From: a virus
Lineage: Duplodnaviria; Caudoviricetes
Virus record (IMG/VR): IMGVR_UViG_3300032373_000030
Coordinates: 1-45,153 of that record
Strand: one strand, 5' to 3'
DNA length: 45,153 bases
A model generated the notes under the pieces. The model was given only the letters and a program-made list of their open reading frames with translations, did no database searches and was not told the DNA's origin. Positions 25,082 to 33,580 of the stretch are shown here, one piece after another (the stretch's first letter is position 1; each line of letters begins with the position of its first letter). Made by a program: the position numbers and the translations under genes.

Positions 25082-25211
25082 GGTTGGGCGACGGTGGCTC
25101 AAGGCATGGGAAATGATCTGGCGCGGTGAGGCTACGTGCTGCGTGTGGATTGTCGGCGGGAAGACCGGGTACGTCGCCCGCACGGCGCACCCGACGTGGG
25201 ATCGAGTCTGA
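25074..25211 (+). CDS. Small hypothetical protein
   Basis: MDEVGRRW ORF, TGATG-coupled to the next gene. Confidence 0.4.
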   Translation: MDEVGRRWLKAWEMIWRGEATCCVWIVGGKTGYVARTAHPTWDRV

Positions 25212-26059
25212 TGGTGCTCATCGGCGGAGGCAGCGGCATCATCATCGGCGGCGGCACGGTTGGCCGTGGGCCTTACATCGGACCCCGCGAGCCGGCGGCC
25301 AGCAGCAGCGCGGTCTACGTCGTGCCCGGCCCGGTAGAGGGCACGACTCGCAAGTTCGGCTGCAACAACGACATCGACTCGGGCGGCACGTTCGAGGACA
25401 TCGTGGAGATGGGCGGCACGTACGCTGGCATGCCGGATGCATTCGGCGCGGGCCAGGGCGACACGCTCGAGGTCGTGAGCACGGACGCGGCCGATGCGGC
25501 AGCCGGCACGGGCGCCCGCACGGTGCAGATCTACGGGCTGGACGAGGACGGCGTGGAGGTTGATGAGACGATCACGCTCAACGGCGTGACGGCGGTGGAC
25601 ACGACGGCGGCGACATGGGCGCGGTGCTGGCGCGCCGTCGTGCGCAGCGCCGGGTCTGGCGCGACCGCTGCCGGCACCATCAGCGTCGTGTTCAAAACCA
25701 AGTACAGCACGCCGACGTGCGTGTCGATCCTGACCACGGCGCCCGGCTACAATCAGACGATGATCGCGGCGTGGACGGTGCCAGCGGGCAAGGTCGCGCG
25801 GATCGTGGCGTGGGGCTCGGCGTTCGCGAACGGCTCCAACGGCGACTCAACGGTGCTGTTGCGCGCACGCCCGGACGGCGAGGTCTGGCAGGTCAAGGAG
25901 CAGGCCGCGCTCAAGGGTGGGTCGACGACGTGGTTCCACCGGCCGTACCCGATCCCAGGAGAGTTCGCTGCGCTGACGGACATCAAGATAACGGCGAACA
26001 GCGACACGAACAACGCGGTGTTGGCGGCGTGGTTCGACGTGGTGACGGAGGATGCGTGA
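25211..26059 (+). CDS. Beta-rich putative virion protein (KFG.N.D..S....D...GTGARTV.I.GLD type)
   Basis: Conserved phage protein pattern; Gly/Thr/Ala-rich. Confidence 0.6.
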   Translation: MVLIGGGSGIIIGGGTVGRGPYIGPREPAASSSAVYVVPGPVEGTTRKFGCNNDIDSGGTFEDIVEMGGTYAGMPDAFGAGQGDTLEVVSTDAADAAAGTGARTVQIYGLDEDGVEVDETITLNGVTAVDTTAATWARCWRAVVRSAGSGATAAGTISVVFKTKYSTPTCVSILTTAPGYNQTMIAAWTVPAGKVARIVAWGSAFANGSNGDSTVLLRARPDGEVWQVKEQAALKGGSTTWFHRPYPIPGEFAALTDIKITANSDTNNAVLAAWFDVVTEDA

Positions 26060-26346
26060 TGGATGGGGCAGATCGTGGCCTCAAGTGGTTGGACGCGCTG
26101 GAGCGATGCAGCATCGGCAAGGGGTTGCCTGGAGACACGCGGTTGCTCGCCGCTGGCTGTCCGCGTGTCACAGCCGAAGAGATCCGAGCGTGGGAAAGCG
26201 AGCATTCGGGTGAGACGTACCCGTTGGCAGCGCCCCGCCGCCGGGTCGAGGGCCGCGTGCTGCGTGTCACGCTACGCAACGCGCCTGGCAACATGCCGAC
26301 CGCGCACAGGCTTACGGTGATGAATCCGGCAGCGCGCATCGAGTGA
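26059..26346 (+). CDS. Hypothetical protein
   Basis: Coupled ORF immediately before TerL. Confidence 0.45.
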   Translation: MDGADRGLKWLDALERCSIGKGLPGDTRLLAAGCPRVTAEEIRAWESEHSGETYPLAAPRRRVEGRVLRVTLRNAPGNMPTAHRLTVMNPAARIE

Positions 26347-27830
26347 CCACCGCCCTCGATATGTCCGCCGACCGTCTCCGCCGCTACCGGCGCGACTACC
26401 GCGTCATGGTCCGCGAGGAGTTCAAGGTCACGCCCGACCCGTGGCAGGACGACTTCCTCGCGCGGCTGTCGGTGGGCGAACCCGACAAGGTCCGCGAGTC
26501 CCTCCAGTCGTGCGCGGGCTCGGGCAAGTCTGCGGCGCTGTCGTGGGGGCTGCTCTGCACGACCGCCACGAACGGCAAGGTCGGCGACCACCCGCAGGGC
26601 GTCGCGATCAGCATGTCGCGCGACAACCTGCGCGCTGGTCTGCAGAAGGAGGTCGCGCGGTGGATGTCGCGGTCCGAGTTCCTGACCGAGACGTTCGAGC
26701 TAACCGACGACCGCCTCTTCGCCAAGGGCCACAAGAAGACGTGGTTCGTGGACTTCCGCACCTGGTCGAAGCGCGCGAGTCCCGAGGAGCAGGGCGACAC
26801 GCTGTCCGGTCTTCACGCGCAGGCGATGAACGCCTACTGGATCGACGAGGCCGGCGCGATCCCGGGCGTCGTCGGGTTGCGCGCCGAGCAGGGCATGGGT
26901 GATCCCAACGGTCGCGCGCTCATCGCCATGGCGGGCAACCCGTTCAACCGGGAGACGCTGCTGGGCGAGGCGTGCGACGACGAAGACTTCCACACGACCG
27001 AGATCACGGCGGACCCGGACGACCCGCAGCGCACGTCGCGCGTGACGAAGGAGCACGCGCAGAAGATGATCGACAAGCAGGGCCGCGACTCGCCGTGGGT
27101 CATCTGCTTCATCCTGGGCCAGTTCCCGCCTGGCGGCGTGAATCAGCTGCTCACGCGCGAGGAAGTTTGGGAGGCGATGGATCGCAACCCGCCGCGCGAC
27201 GTGTGGGAAGGCCAGGCCAAGGTGCTCGGCGTGGACGTGGCGGACGAGGGCCTGGACGCCAGTGTCATCACGATGCGCCAGGGCCAGGTGTGTTTCCCGC
27301 AGGTCGAGATGCACGGCGTGCAGGAGGTGGCGGGCGCAGCGATGGTGGCGCGCAAGTGGACGGACTGGCAGGCGGACGGGTGCTTCCTGGACGGCACGGG
27401 CGGCTACGGTCTGGGCTGGGCGTCGCGGCTGCGGGATCACGGGTTCAACCCGGTCTCCGTCAAGTTCAGCGCGACGCGGACGATCCCGCGCGAGGGCTTC
27501 GCGAACATGCGGGCCTTCATGGCGTGGGAATGCGCGGAGTGGGTCAAGGCTGGTGGCGCGCTGCCGAAGGACACGAAGCTAGCCGAGGCGCTGGTGGCGC
27601 CGACGTACGGGTTCAAGCGCGATCTGCTGCAGCTTGAGGAAAAGGCGGACATCAAGGCGCGGCTGGGCAGTAAGAACCCGCACGGGATGGACAAGGTGGA
27701 CTCGCTATGGCTGACGTTCGCAGGCACGGTGAAGCCGCGGACGCATGAGGCGCACGACCTGTTCGCGCGAGCGATGGACGTGCGGCATCGGAACCGGACA
27801 CGGGCTGCGGCCCACCGCTGGAGGGACTGA
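26343..27830 (+). CDS. terL: Terminase large subunit
   Basis: PDPWQ Q-motif, Walker A GSGKS, Walker B WIDEA, motif III GNP, nuclease LGVDVA..G.D, and a C-terminal D..DS. Confidence 0.92.
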   Translation: MTTALDMSADRLRRYRRDYRVMVREEFKVTPDPWQDDFLARLSVGEPDKVRESLQSCAGSGKSAALSWGLLCTTATNGKVGDHPQGVAISMSRDNLRAGLQKEVARWMSRSEFLTETFELTDDRLFAKGHKKTWFVDFRTWSKRASPEEQGDTLSGLHAQAMNAYWIDEAGAIPGVVGLRAEQGMGDPNGRALIAMAGNPFNRETLLGEACDDEDFHTTEITADPDDPQRTSRVTKEHAQKMIDKQGRDSPWVICFILGQFPPGGVNQLLTREEVWEAMDRNPPRDVWEGQAKVLGVDVADEGLDASVITMRQGQVCFPQVEMHGVQEVAGAAMVARKWTDWQADGCFLDGTGGYGLGWASRLRDHGFNPVSVKFSATRTIPREGFANMRAFMAWECAEWVKAGGALPKDTKLAEALVAPTYGFKRDLLQLEEKADIKARLGSKNPHGMDKVDSLWLTFAGTVKPRTHEAHDLFARAMDVRHRNRTRAAAHRWRD

Positions 27831-27919
27831 TGGACGCTGATGAGTACCTGAGAATGCCGCATGCGGACGCCGAGCGCCTGATCCGCGGCGTGCTGTACTG
27901 GCTGGGGATGCCGTCGTGA
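27830..27919 (+). CDS. 29-aa hypothetical peptide (MDADEYLRMPHADAERLIRGVLYWLGMPS)
   Basis: TGATG and GTGA coupling, with GGAGG upstream. Confidence 0.45.
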   Translation: MDADEYLRMPHADAERLIRGVLYWLGMPS

Positions 27920-28371
27920 TCCGCGCCGCGAGGGTGGACGACCTCCCGGCGCTGTGCGACATGGCGCGTGCGATGGTCGCCGAGGCACCCGAGTTCGCCG
28001 GCCTCGAGGTCACGGACGCGGGCGTGCGGTCGACGCTCGAGGGCTGGCTGCGGCTGGACGGGACGTTCGTATCGGTCGCCGGGGATGGGTCGCTGGCGGG
28101 CGTGGCTATCGGCTGGGTGGCCCCGTTCTGGTTCGCGACGAGGGCACAGGAGGCCGGGGAACTGGCGATCTACGTGCGTCCGGAGCACCGGGGCGGGAAC
28201 CACATGAAGCGGCTTGTGGCGGCCCTGGAGGCGTGGGCGCGCGAGAAGGGGGCCGAGCGCATCACGCTGGGCGTCTCGACGGGCCGCAAGACCGAGGCGG
28301 TGGCCAAGCTGTACGAGCGAATGGGGTATCGCCGGGCTGGGGTGACGCTGGTTCGCGACATTGGCCCTTGA
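27916..28371 (+). CDS. GNAT-family acetyltransferase
   Basis: MIRAA..DDL, acetyl-CoA motif A (IYVRPEHRGG), and LYERMGY. Confidence 0.85.
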   Translation: MIRAARVDDLPALCDMARAMVAEAPEFAGLEVTDAGVRSTLEGWLRLDGTFVSVAGDGSLAGVAIGWVAPFWFATRAQEAGELAIYVRPEHRGGNHMKRLVAALEAWAREKGAERITLGVSTGRKTEAVAKLYERMGYRRAGVTLVRDIGP

Positions 28372-28413
28372 AATCGGGCGGGTAAACACCTCCATGGCGG
28401 GTAGCCACGAGGC
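28367..28413 (+). promoter_or_regulatory. Late-operon conserved element, copy 1
   Basis: CTTGA-N8-GGGTAAACACC-N2-CATGG followed by CCACGAGGC, shared with 33517-33574. Confidence 0.6.
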
Positions 28414-28422
28414 GAACCGTCC

Positions 28423-28614
28423 ATGTGCAAGCCATCGCAAATCCGTCTGGTGCTGTCCCTGTTGATGCAGGAATCGGTCGACGACGAGCTTGGCGAGCGA
28501 ATGCCCGACGAGCACTTGAACCTGGAGCGCACGGACGGTCGCCCTTGGCGCGTGCCCATGGGCGGCTACCCGAACAGCCCGACCCCGCGGCAGACGATCC
28601 TGGGGGGTGGCTGA
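28423..28614 (+). CDS. Small pre-portal protein 1 (MC...TILGGG)
   Basis: Met-Cys start and Gly-rich end; TGATG-coupled to the next gene. Confidence 0.55.
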   Translation: MCKPSQIRLVLSLLMQESVDDELGERMPDEHLNLERTDGRPWRVPMGGYPNSPTPRQTILGGG

Positions 28615-28874
28615 TGTGCGACGGCAACAGCTCGATCCGTCGCTGGATGCCGGGTGGCTGGCACTTCGGCGATGACAGCGTGGAGCCGCCGCGCGCGAAG
28701 CGTCCGAAGAAGCTGCTGACCGACAGCGAGAAGCGCCGCCAGGCAGCCGAGCGCGGGCGCATCGTCGCGTCGAAGGTGAAGGGCGGATACGGGCACAGCG
28801 ACACGTTCGTCAGTGGCCCGCAAGGCGCGGGCAAGGCGACGGCCACGTCCACCAAGACGATGCTGGGGTCTTGA
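28614..28874 (+). CDS. Small pre-portal protein 2 (MCDG...KTMLGS)
   Basis: True start is at 28614; pattern typical of podoviral pre-portal virion proteins. Confidence 0.65.
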   Translation: MCDGNSSIRRWMPGGWHFGDDSVEPPRAKRPKKLLTDSEKRRQAAERGRIVASKVKGGYGHSDTFVSGPQGAGKATATSTKTMLGS

Positions 28875-28876
28875 TC

Positions 28877-29137
28877 ATGTGCGGCAAGCAAGGCGGCGCA
28901 GCGGCCCAGCGAGGCCTGTTCGAGTACAGGCGGGACGACCGGGCGCGGACCGAGCGCCGGCGCGAGCAAGACACGGAGCGCCTGACACAGCGGCGCGAGG
29001 CGAACCTGTCGCGCAGCCGCGAGTACCTCGAGTATGAGCGGGCACGCGCCGGCGTGTCGCAGCGCGGCACTGGCTCGCTTGGTGGCGGCGTCCAGAACGG
29101 TGCCCCCAAGGGCGGCAAAACGAAGATCGGGGGTTGA
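28877..29137 (+). CDS. Small pre-portal protein 3 (MCGK...KTKIGG)
   Basis: Met-Cys start; basic, Gly-ending tail. Confidence 0.6.
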   Translation: MCGKQGGAAAQRGLFEYRRDDRARTERRREQDTERLTQRREANLSRSREYLEYERARAGVSQRGTGSLGGGVQNGAPKGGKTKIGG

Positions 29138-29140
29138 CGT

Positions 29141-30928
29141 ATGGCTGGCGCGGCTACGACTTCCGAGGTCGGCGAGAAGACCTACACGACGCGGGTGCAG
29201 CTCGAGCACCGGCACACCGACCTGATGACGCAACGGTCGTCGTACGAGGCCAGGTGGAAGACGGCGGGCAGCTACATCCTGCCGATGCGTCCGCGCTTCT
29301 CGGGCAGCGACGCGAACAGCGGCAACAAGCCGCGCAACCGCATCGTGAACAGCACGGCGGCGCTTTCGCTGGGCATCGCGCGCTCGGGCATGCTCGACAA
29401 CATGGCGAGCCCGCAGCGGCCGTGGTTCGAGTTGGCCGTGCAGGACGCCGCGATCAGCAGCAAGCCGAGCGTCCGCGATTGGCTGCAGGGTTACCGCGAC
29501 GGCATCCTTGGTGTGCTGGACCGCAGCAACTTCTACAACGAGCTGGGCACGTTCTTCGGCGATGAGTTGGTCTTCGGCACCGGCTGTATGCTGGTCTTCG
29601 AGGATGCGGACAAGCTGGTCCGGTTCGAGGTGTTGTCCATCGGGTCGTACGCGCTGGGCATGAACAGCAAGGGTCGCGTGACGACGTTGGTGCGCGAACT
29701 CTCGATGTCGGCTTACGCGGCGGCCAACGAGTTCGGCGTGGACAGGCTGGACGGCGACACGAAGGAGGCGCTGCGCGCGGGCCGCTTGAGCCACTCGTGC
29801 GTGATCCGGCACATCATCGAACCCAACCCCGCGGCCGACGCGGACATGCTTGGCAGCGAGTACCTGCCGTACCGCGAGGTGTACTGGCAGTCGCGCGACC
29901 GTGGCCAGGGCGCGGGTGCTGACAAGCCGGATTGGGGCGTGAACCTCCAGAACGGCGCGATTGACAGCACCGAGGACGGCATTCTGCGCGTGGGCGGATA
30001 CCACGAGTGCCCGATCATCGCGGGGCGCTGGGACCGCAACGTGGACGACGTGTACGGCACGTCATGCCCTGGTCTCATGGCGCTGGGGGACATCAAGTCC
30101 CTGCAGGCGATGGAGAAGGACAAGGCGCTCGGGATCGAGAAGTCGGTGGATCCGCCGACGCAGGGGCCGGACACGCTCGATGCGCGTGACGTGTCGATGA
30201 TGCCCGGCGAGTTCACGCAGGTCCCCGCGAACAGCGGCAAGGTCGAGGCGCTGCACGCGATGCAGTTCAACTTGGCCGATGTCCGCGAAGAGATCGCGAC
30301 GGTCGAGCACCGCATCCGCCGGGCGTTCATGGAAGACCTGTTCCTGATGCTGGCGGGTGACTCGAGGAGCACGCCGCCGACGGCCGAGGAGATCCGTGCG
30401 CGCGAGCGTGAGCGCGCCCAGGTGCTCGGTCCGATCATGGAGCGGCATTCCGACGACGTGTTCGACCCGCTGATCGACCGCGTGTCGTCCGTGCTGATGC
30501 GGATGGCGACGTGGGACTGGCAGCAGGGGCAGGAGGGCTTGCTGCCGTTCCCGCCCGAGGAGCTCGAGGACACCGAGCTGCGCGTGCAGTACGTGTCCGA
30601 GGTCGCGATGGCGCAGCGGATGGTTGCGCTGGGGTCCGTCGAGCGCCTGCTGATGATGGGTGGGCAGCTTGCCGAGATCGCGCCCGAGACGCTGGACAAC
30701 CTGGACCTGGACTGGACGCTGCAGAACTACGCGCAGACGCTGGGCGTGGACCCGCAGCACCTTCGGCCCGAAGAGGTCGTCGCTGGGCTGCGTGAGCAGC
30801 GACAGGCGATGGAACGCGAGATGGCCGAGCGCGAGCAGGCGCCGGGCATGGCGAAGGCTGCGCGCGACCTGTCCGAGACGGAGGTGGGCGGCGCAAGCGC
30901 GCTCGATCAACTGGCGGGCGTGACCTGA
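29141..30928 (+). CDS. Portal (head-to-tail connector) protein
   Basis: R..YE..W....YILP, P.RPWF.L, SNFY, FGTG, YG...G..AL.D.K.LQ, TAEEI..R..E....LGP. Confidence 0.92.
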   Translation: MAGAATTSEVGEKTYTTRVQLEHRHTDLMTQRSSYEARWKTAGSYILPMRPRFSGSDANSGNKPRNRIVNSTAALSLGIARSGMLDNMASPQRPWFELAVQDAAISSKPSVRDWLQGYRDGILGVLDRSNFYNELGTFFGDELVFGTGCMLVFEDADKLVRFEVLSIGSYALGMNSKGRVTTLVRELSMSAYAAANEFGVDRLDGDTKEALRAGRLSHSCVIRHIIEPNPAADADMLGSEYLPYREVYWQSRDRGQGAGADKPDWGVNLQNGAIDSTEDGILRVGGYHECPIIAGRWDRNVDDVYGTSCPGLMALGDIKSLQAMEKDKALGIEKSVDPPTQGPDTLDARDVSMMPGEFTQVPANSGKVEALHAMQFNLADVREEIATVEHRIRRAFMEDLFLMLAGDSRSTPPTAEEIRARERERAQVLGPIMERHSDDVFDPLIDRVSSVLMRMATWDWQQGQEGLLPFPPEELEDTELRVQYVSEVAMAQRMVALGSVERLLMMGGQLAEIAPETLDNLDLDWTLQNYAQTLGVDPQHLRPEEVVAGLREQRQAMEREMAEREQAPGMAKAARDLSETEVGGASALDQLAGVT

Positions 30929-31347
30929 TGGCGCTGTCCAAAGACACAGCCGGCCACGGGACGCCGCACCGGGCGTTCGTGGACCCAGACGACGGGCGCG
31001 TCCGCATCCTGGCCGTGATGCCGGTGAGCGAAGACGGCGCGTTCATGAGCACCGGGCCGGCGTTTGAGGTGCTGGAGTCCGACGAGGCGACGCTTGATGG
31101 GGGCGGCGGCACGACAGGCTCGATTGCCGTTCCGGCCAACGCATTCGGCGGCGTGTCGCTGTCCAGTTGCGGCGCGAGCCCGGTGGTGATCTGGGTTTCG
31201 GTGGGTACGGACGAGGGGGCGAACATCGGGTATCGGATCACCGCTGGCGGGTACCGCTGGCTCCCGGCGCGCGACACGACGGTCTACATCAACGCGATCT
31301 CGTCACCGGCATCGCTGTACTACACGATCTACGGAATCCCGGAGTAG
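30928..31347 (+). CDS. Small beta-sandwich putative virion protein
   Basis: TGATG-coupled to portal; beta-strand-rich. Confidence 0.55.
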   Translation: MALSKDTAGHGTPHRAFVDPDDGRVRILAVMPVSEDGAFMSTGPAFEVLESDEATLDGGGGTTGSIAVPANAFGGVSLSSCGASPVVIWVSVGTDEGANIGYRITAGGYRWLPARDTTVYINAISSPASLYYTIYGIPE

Positions 31348-31354
31348 CCTGACC

Positions 31355-33028
31355 ATGGCGACCTACACGGCAACCCACAAGGACGTGGACTACACGCCGT
31401 CAGGTGTGACGGCGAGCGACCAGCAGAAGCTCGACGTGTGGAACGGCGCGGCTGGGCAGAAGCTCCCGTGCGTGCTGGTGACGGGCTTCTCGGGCTGGAG
31501 CCTGTGCAAGCCGAAGATCGACAGCACCGAGTTCGGCACGGCGGCGGCGGATGATCGCGAGATCCTGGACGATGATCCGCTGAACATCGGCTACCGCGTC
31601 GCCCAGCGGCTTCTGCAGCGCGGCGATTTCGTGGTGGTTGACGTGCGACTGTCCATCGCGATGGGCGCGGAGATCAGCACGCTCACGCCCAGCTACAGCA
31701 ACCTCAACAGCCCGACGATCAAGCCGTACACGCCGTACACGGATGAGTACGACCCGAACGACCTGGATGCGGGCGGAACGCAGCAGTATGGAACTGCGGT
31801 CAACGGCTACGGCGTGACCAATCCGCCGGGGTTCACGTATCGCACGACGGTCGGCGCTGTTGCGTCAGGGTCCGCCACGGCAACGCCCGGCGAGACCGTC
31901 ATGTGGGACGACGCGACGTGGCACATGGCGCCGAAGGACCTCCGCATGGCGTGGGACTACCTCGTCCAGAACGCCACGACCTACGGGATCGACCCAGACC
32001 GCATCATCGTGATGGGGATTTCTGCCGGCGGGCTGGAAGTTCTGCGGCTGCGCAAGAAGCTCGACCTGACGGACGCCCAGCGGCACACCGAGCGCATCGG
32101 GTCATATGCCAAGCCGCTGGGCATCCTAGGCATCGACGTGCCGGCCCGGCTGCACGCGATGATTCAGCAGAACCGTCTCGGCTCGCCGGACGGCATCACG
32201 GGCTGGATGGGCCCGCAGGGCACACAGGGGCACGATCCCGCTAGCGGTGCCGCGTCGCAGTGGTCGGACGGCGATTCGGCCATCGCGGCGCCCGGCATCG
32301 GCGACATGGACGTGGCTGCGCTGGACGTGTTCGACGGCTGGGTCACGGACCCGGACTACACGAACACGGATGTCCCGGCCATCGTGTCCTACTCGGTGGC
32401 GAACCAGTTGCCGCTCGTCGAGGCCAAGCGGCTCGACGAGAACCCGGGCACGTCGTCGACCGGCCTGACCGACTTCCACGCCCTCGACCACGGCATCTTC
32501 CTCAAGGCGAAGGGGCTCGTGAGCGAGGTCTACTACCACAACGCGACCCCGAGCGGCGACCTCGACGCGGACGTGGTGGACTACCTCGACGGCACGCTGG
32601 TGACGGACGGGAACGACACCGAGGAGATCGTCAAGGTCTTCTCGGCACAGGCGGTGGAGTGGGCGTACGGTGGCTCTGCGGGCGGCACGGGCACCTACAT
32701 GCACACCCACGCCAGCGTGACGCTCGCGACGGGCGCGTGGTCGCTGCTGTACCCGGCGGACCCGACCGGCGAGCGCATTGGCGCTCAGGTGAGCACGGAT
32801 GGTGCGGCCGAGGTGGCGAGCACGATCAACGAGTTCCACGAGCCCACGGACAACGACGGGGCACCCATCGCGACGGCGGACGTGACGCCGTACCAGGTGG
32901 ATGGATCCGGGGCCGTCTGGGCTCGAGCGACGGCCGGCACGCCCGAGGCTCGCAGGGCCGGGATCTACAGGGGCACCCCGGATCTGAGCGCGGATCCGCC
33001 CGGTGCGCCCCCGGTGGCGGAGGGCTGA
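31355..33028 (+). CDS. Alpha/beta-hydrolase-fold esterase with a C-terminal beta-rich domain
   Basis: QKLDVW..P.VL....GW and DL..AWDYL.QNA..YGIDPDRIIVMGISAGG (GxSxG nucleophile elbow, HSL-like context). Confidence 0.75.
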   Translation: MATYTATHKDVDYTPSGVTASDQQKLDVWNGAAGQKLPCVLVTGFSGWSLCKPKIDSTEFGTAAADDREILDDDPLNIGYRVAQRLLQRGDFVVVDVRLSIAMGAEISTLTPSYSNLNSPTIKPYTPYTDEYDPNDLDAGGTQQYGTAVNGYGVTNPPGFTYRTTVGAVASGSATATPGETVMWDDATWHMAPKDLRMAWDYLVQNATTYGIDPDRIIVMGISAGGLEVLRLRKKLDLTDAQRHTERIGSYAKPLGILGIDVPARLHAMIQQNRLGSPDGITGWMGPQGTQGHDPASGAASQWSDGDSAIAAPGIGDMDVAALDVFDGWVTDPDYTNTDVPAIVSYSVANQLPLVEAKRLDENPGTSSTGLTDFHALDHGIFLKAKGLVSEVYYHNATPSGDLDADVVDYLDGTLVTDGNDTEEIVKVFSAQAVEWAYGGSAGGTGTYMHTHASVTLATGAWSLLYPADPTGERIGAQVSTDGAAEVASTINEFHEPTDNDGAPIATADVTPYQVDGSGAVWARATAGTPEARRAGIYRGTPDLSADPPGAPPVAEG

Positions 33029-33351
33029 TGGCTCGCCTCGACCGCGACGAACGCGACCAGATCAAGGCGGATGCGAACCGCAGCAAGGCCGCGGCGACGT
33101 ACCGCAGGCGCGAGGATCTGCGCTGGGTCCTGTCGGACACGCGCGGGCGTCGGGCACTGCAAGATATCGTCCGACACGCATATGCGGAGGTCGAGGTGGG
33201 GAACAACGCGGTGACCCACCACGCGCTCGGCGTCCAGGCGGTCGCGAAGCGGCTACGGACTGAGATCAAGGCGCTGATCCCGGATGCCCTGCACCTGATG
33301 GAGCAGGAGTACGACCGCGATCCCGAACTCCCCGGAGGCGCCGGTGCCTGA
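33028..33351 (+). CDS. Bbp19-like protein
   Basis: DLRWVLS..RGRR.L..I.....T....G.Q.V pattern; lies between portal and scaffold. Confidence 0.65.
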   Translation: MARLDRDERDQIKADANRSKAAATYRRREDLRWVLSDTRGRRALQDIVRHAYAEVEVGNNAVTHHALGVQAVAKRLRTEIKALIPDALHLMEQEYDRDPELPGGAGA

Positions 33352-33535
33352 GATTCGGCTGGTATCGAAGTTGGGTCTGACGCGCACCGGGTCGAAGGTG
33401 CTGGCGGTGCGAATGCCGCATGACGAGAAGCGGGCGCTGGAGACCCGCGCGCTACGCGAGGGCGTCTCCGCGAGCGAGATGGGCCGGGCGATTCTCATGG
33501 CCTGGCTCAATGGGGACTTGACTCGGCGCGGGTAA
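33344..33535 (+). CDS. Ribbon-helix-helix (CopG-like) protein
   Basis: VLAVRMP..EK.ALE..A.REGVS.SE.GR.IL pattern; GGAGG RBS. Confidence 0.65.
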   Translation: MPEIRLVSKLGLTRTGSKVLAVRMPHDEKRALETRALREGVSASEMGRAILMAWLNGDLTRRG

Positions 33536-33574
33536 ACACCGTCATGGGCCTCAGTGGAACGATTCCCACGAGGC
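33517..33574 (+). promoter_or_regulatory. Late-operon conserved element, copy 2, with a hairpin over the scaffold RBS
   Basis: Same motif as 28367-28413. gcctc/gaggc and gtgg/ccac pairing covers GAGG. Confidence 0.6.
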
Positions 33575-33580
33575 TGACAC

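Noticed and set aside
28423-29137. C-terminal GG tails as a ubiquitin-like conjugation system
   Set aside because: The proteins look disordered or helical rather than beta-grasp, one ends in GS, and no E1/E2/JAB genes are present.
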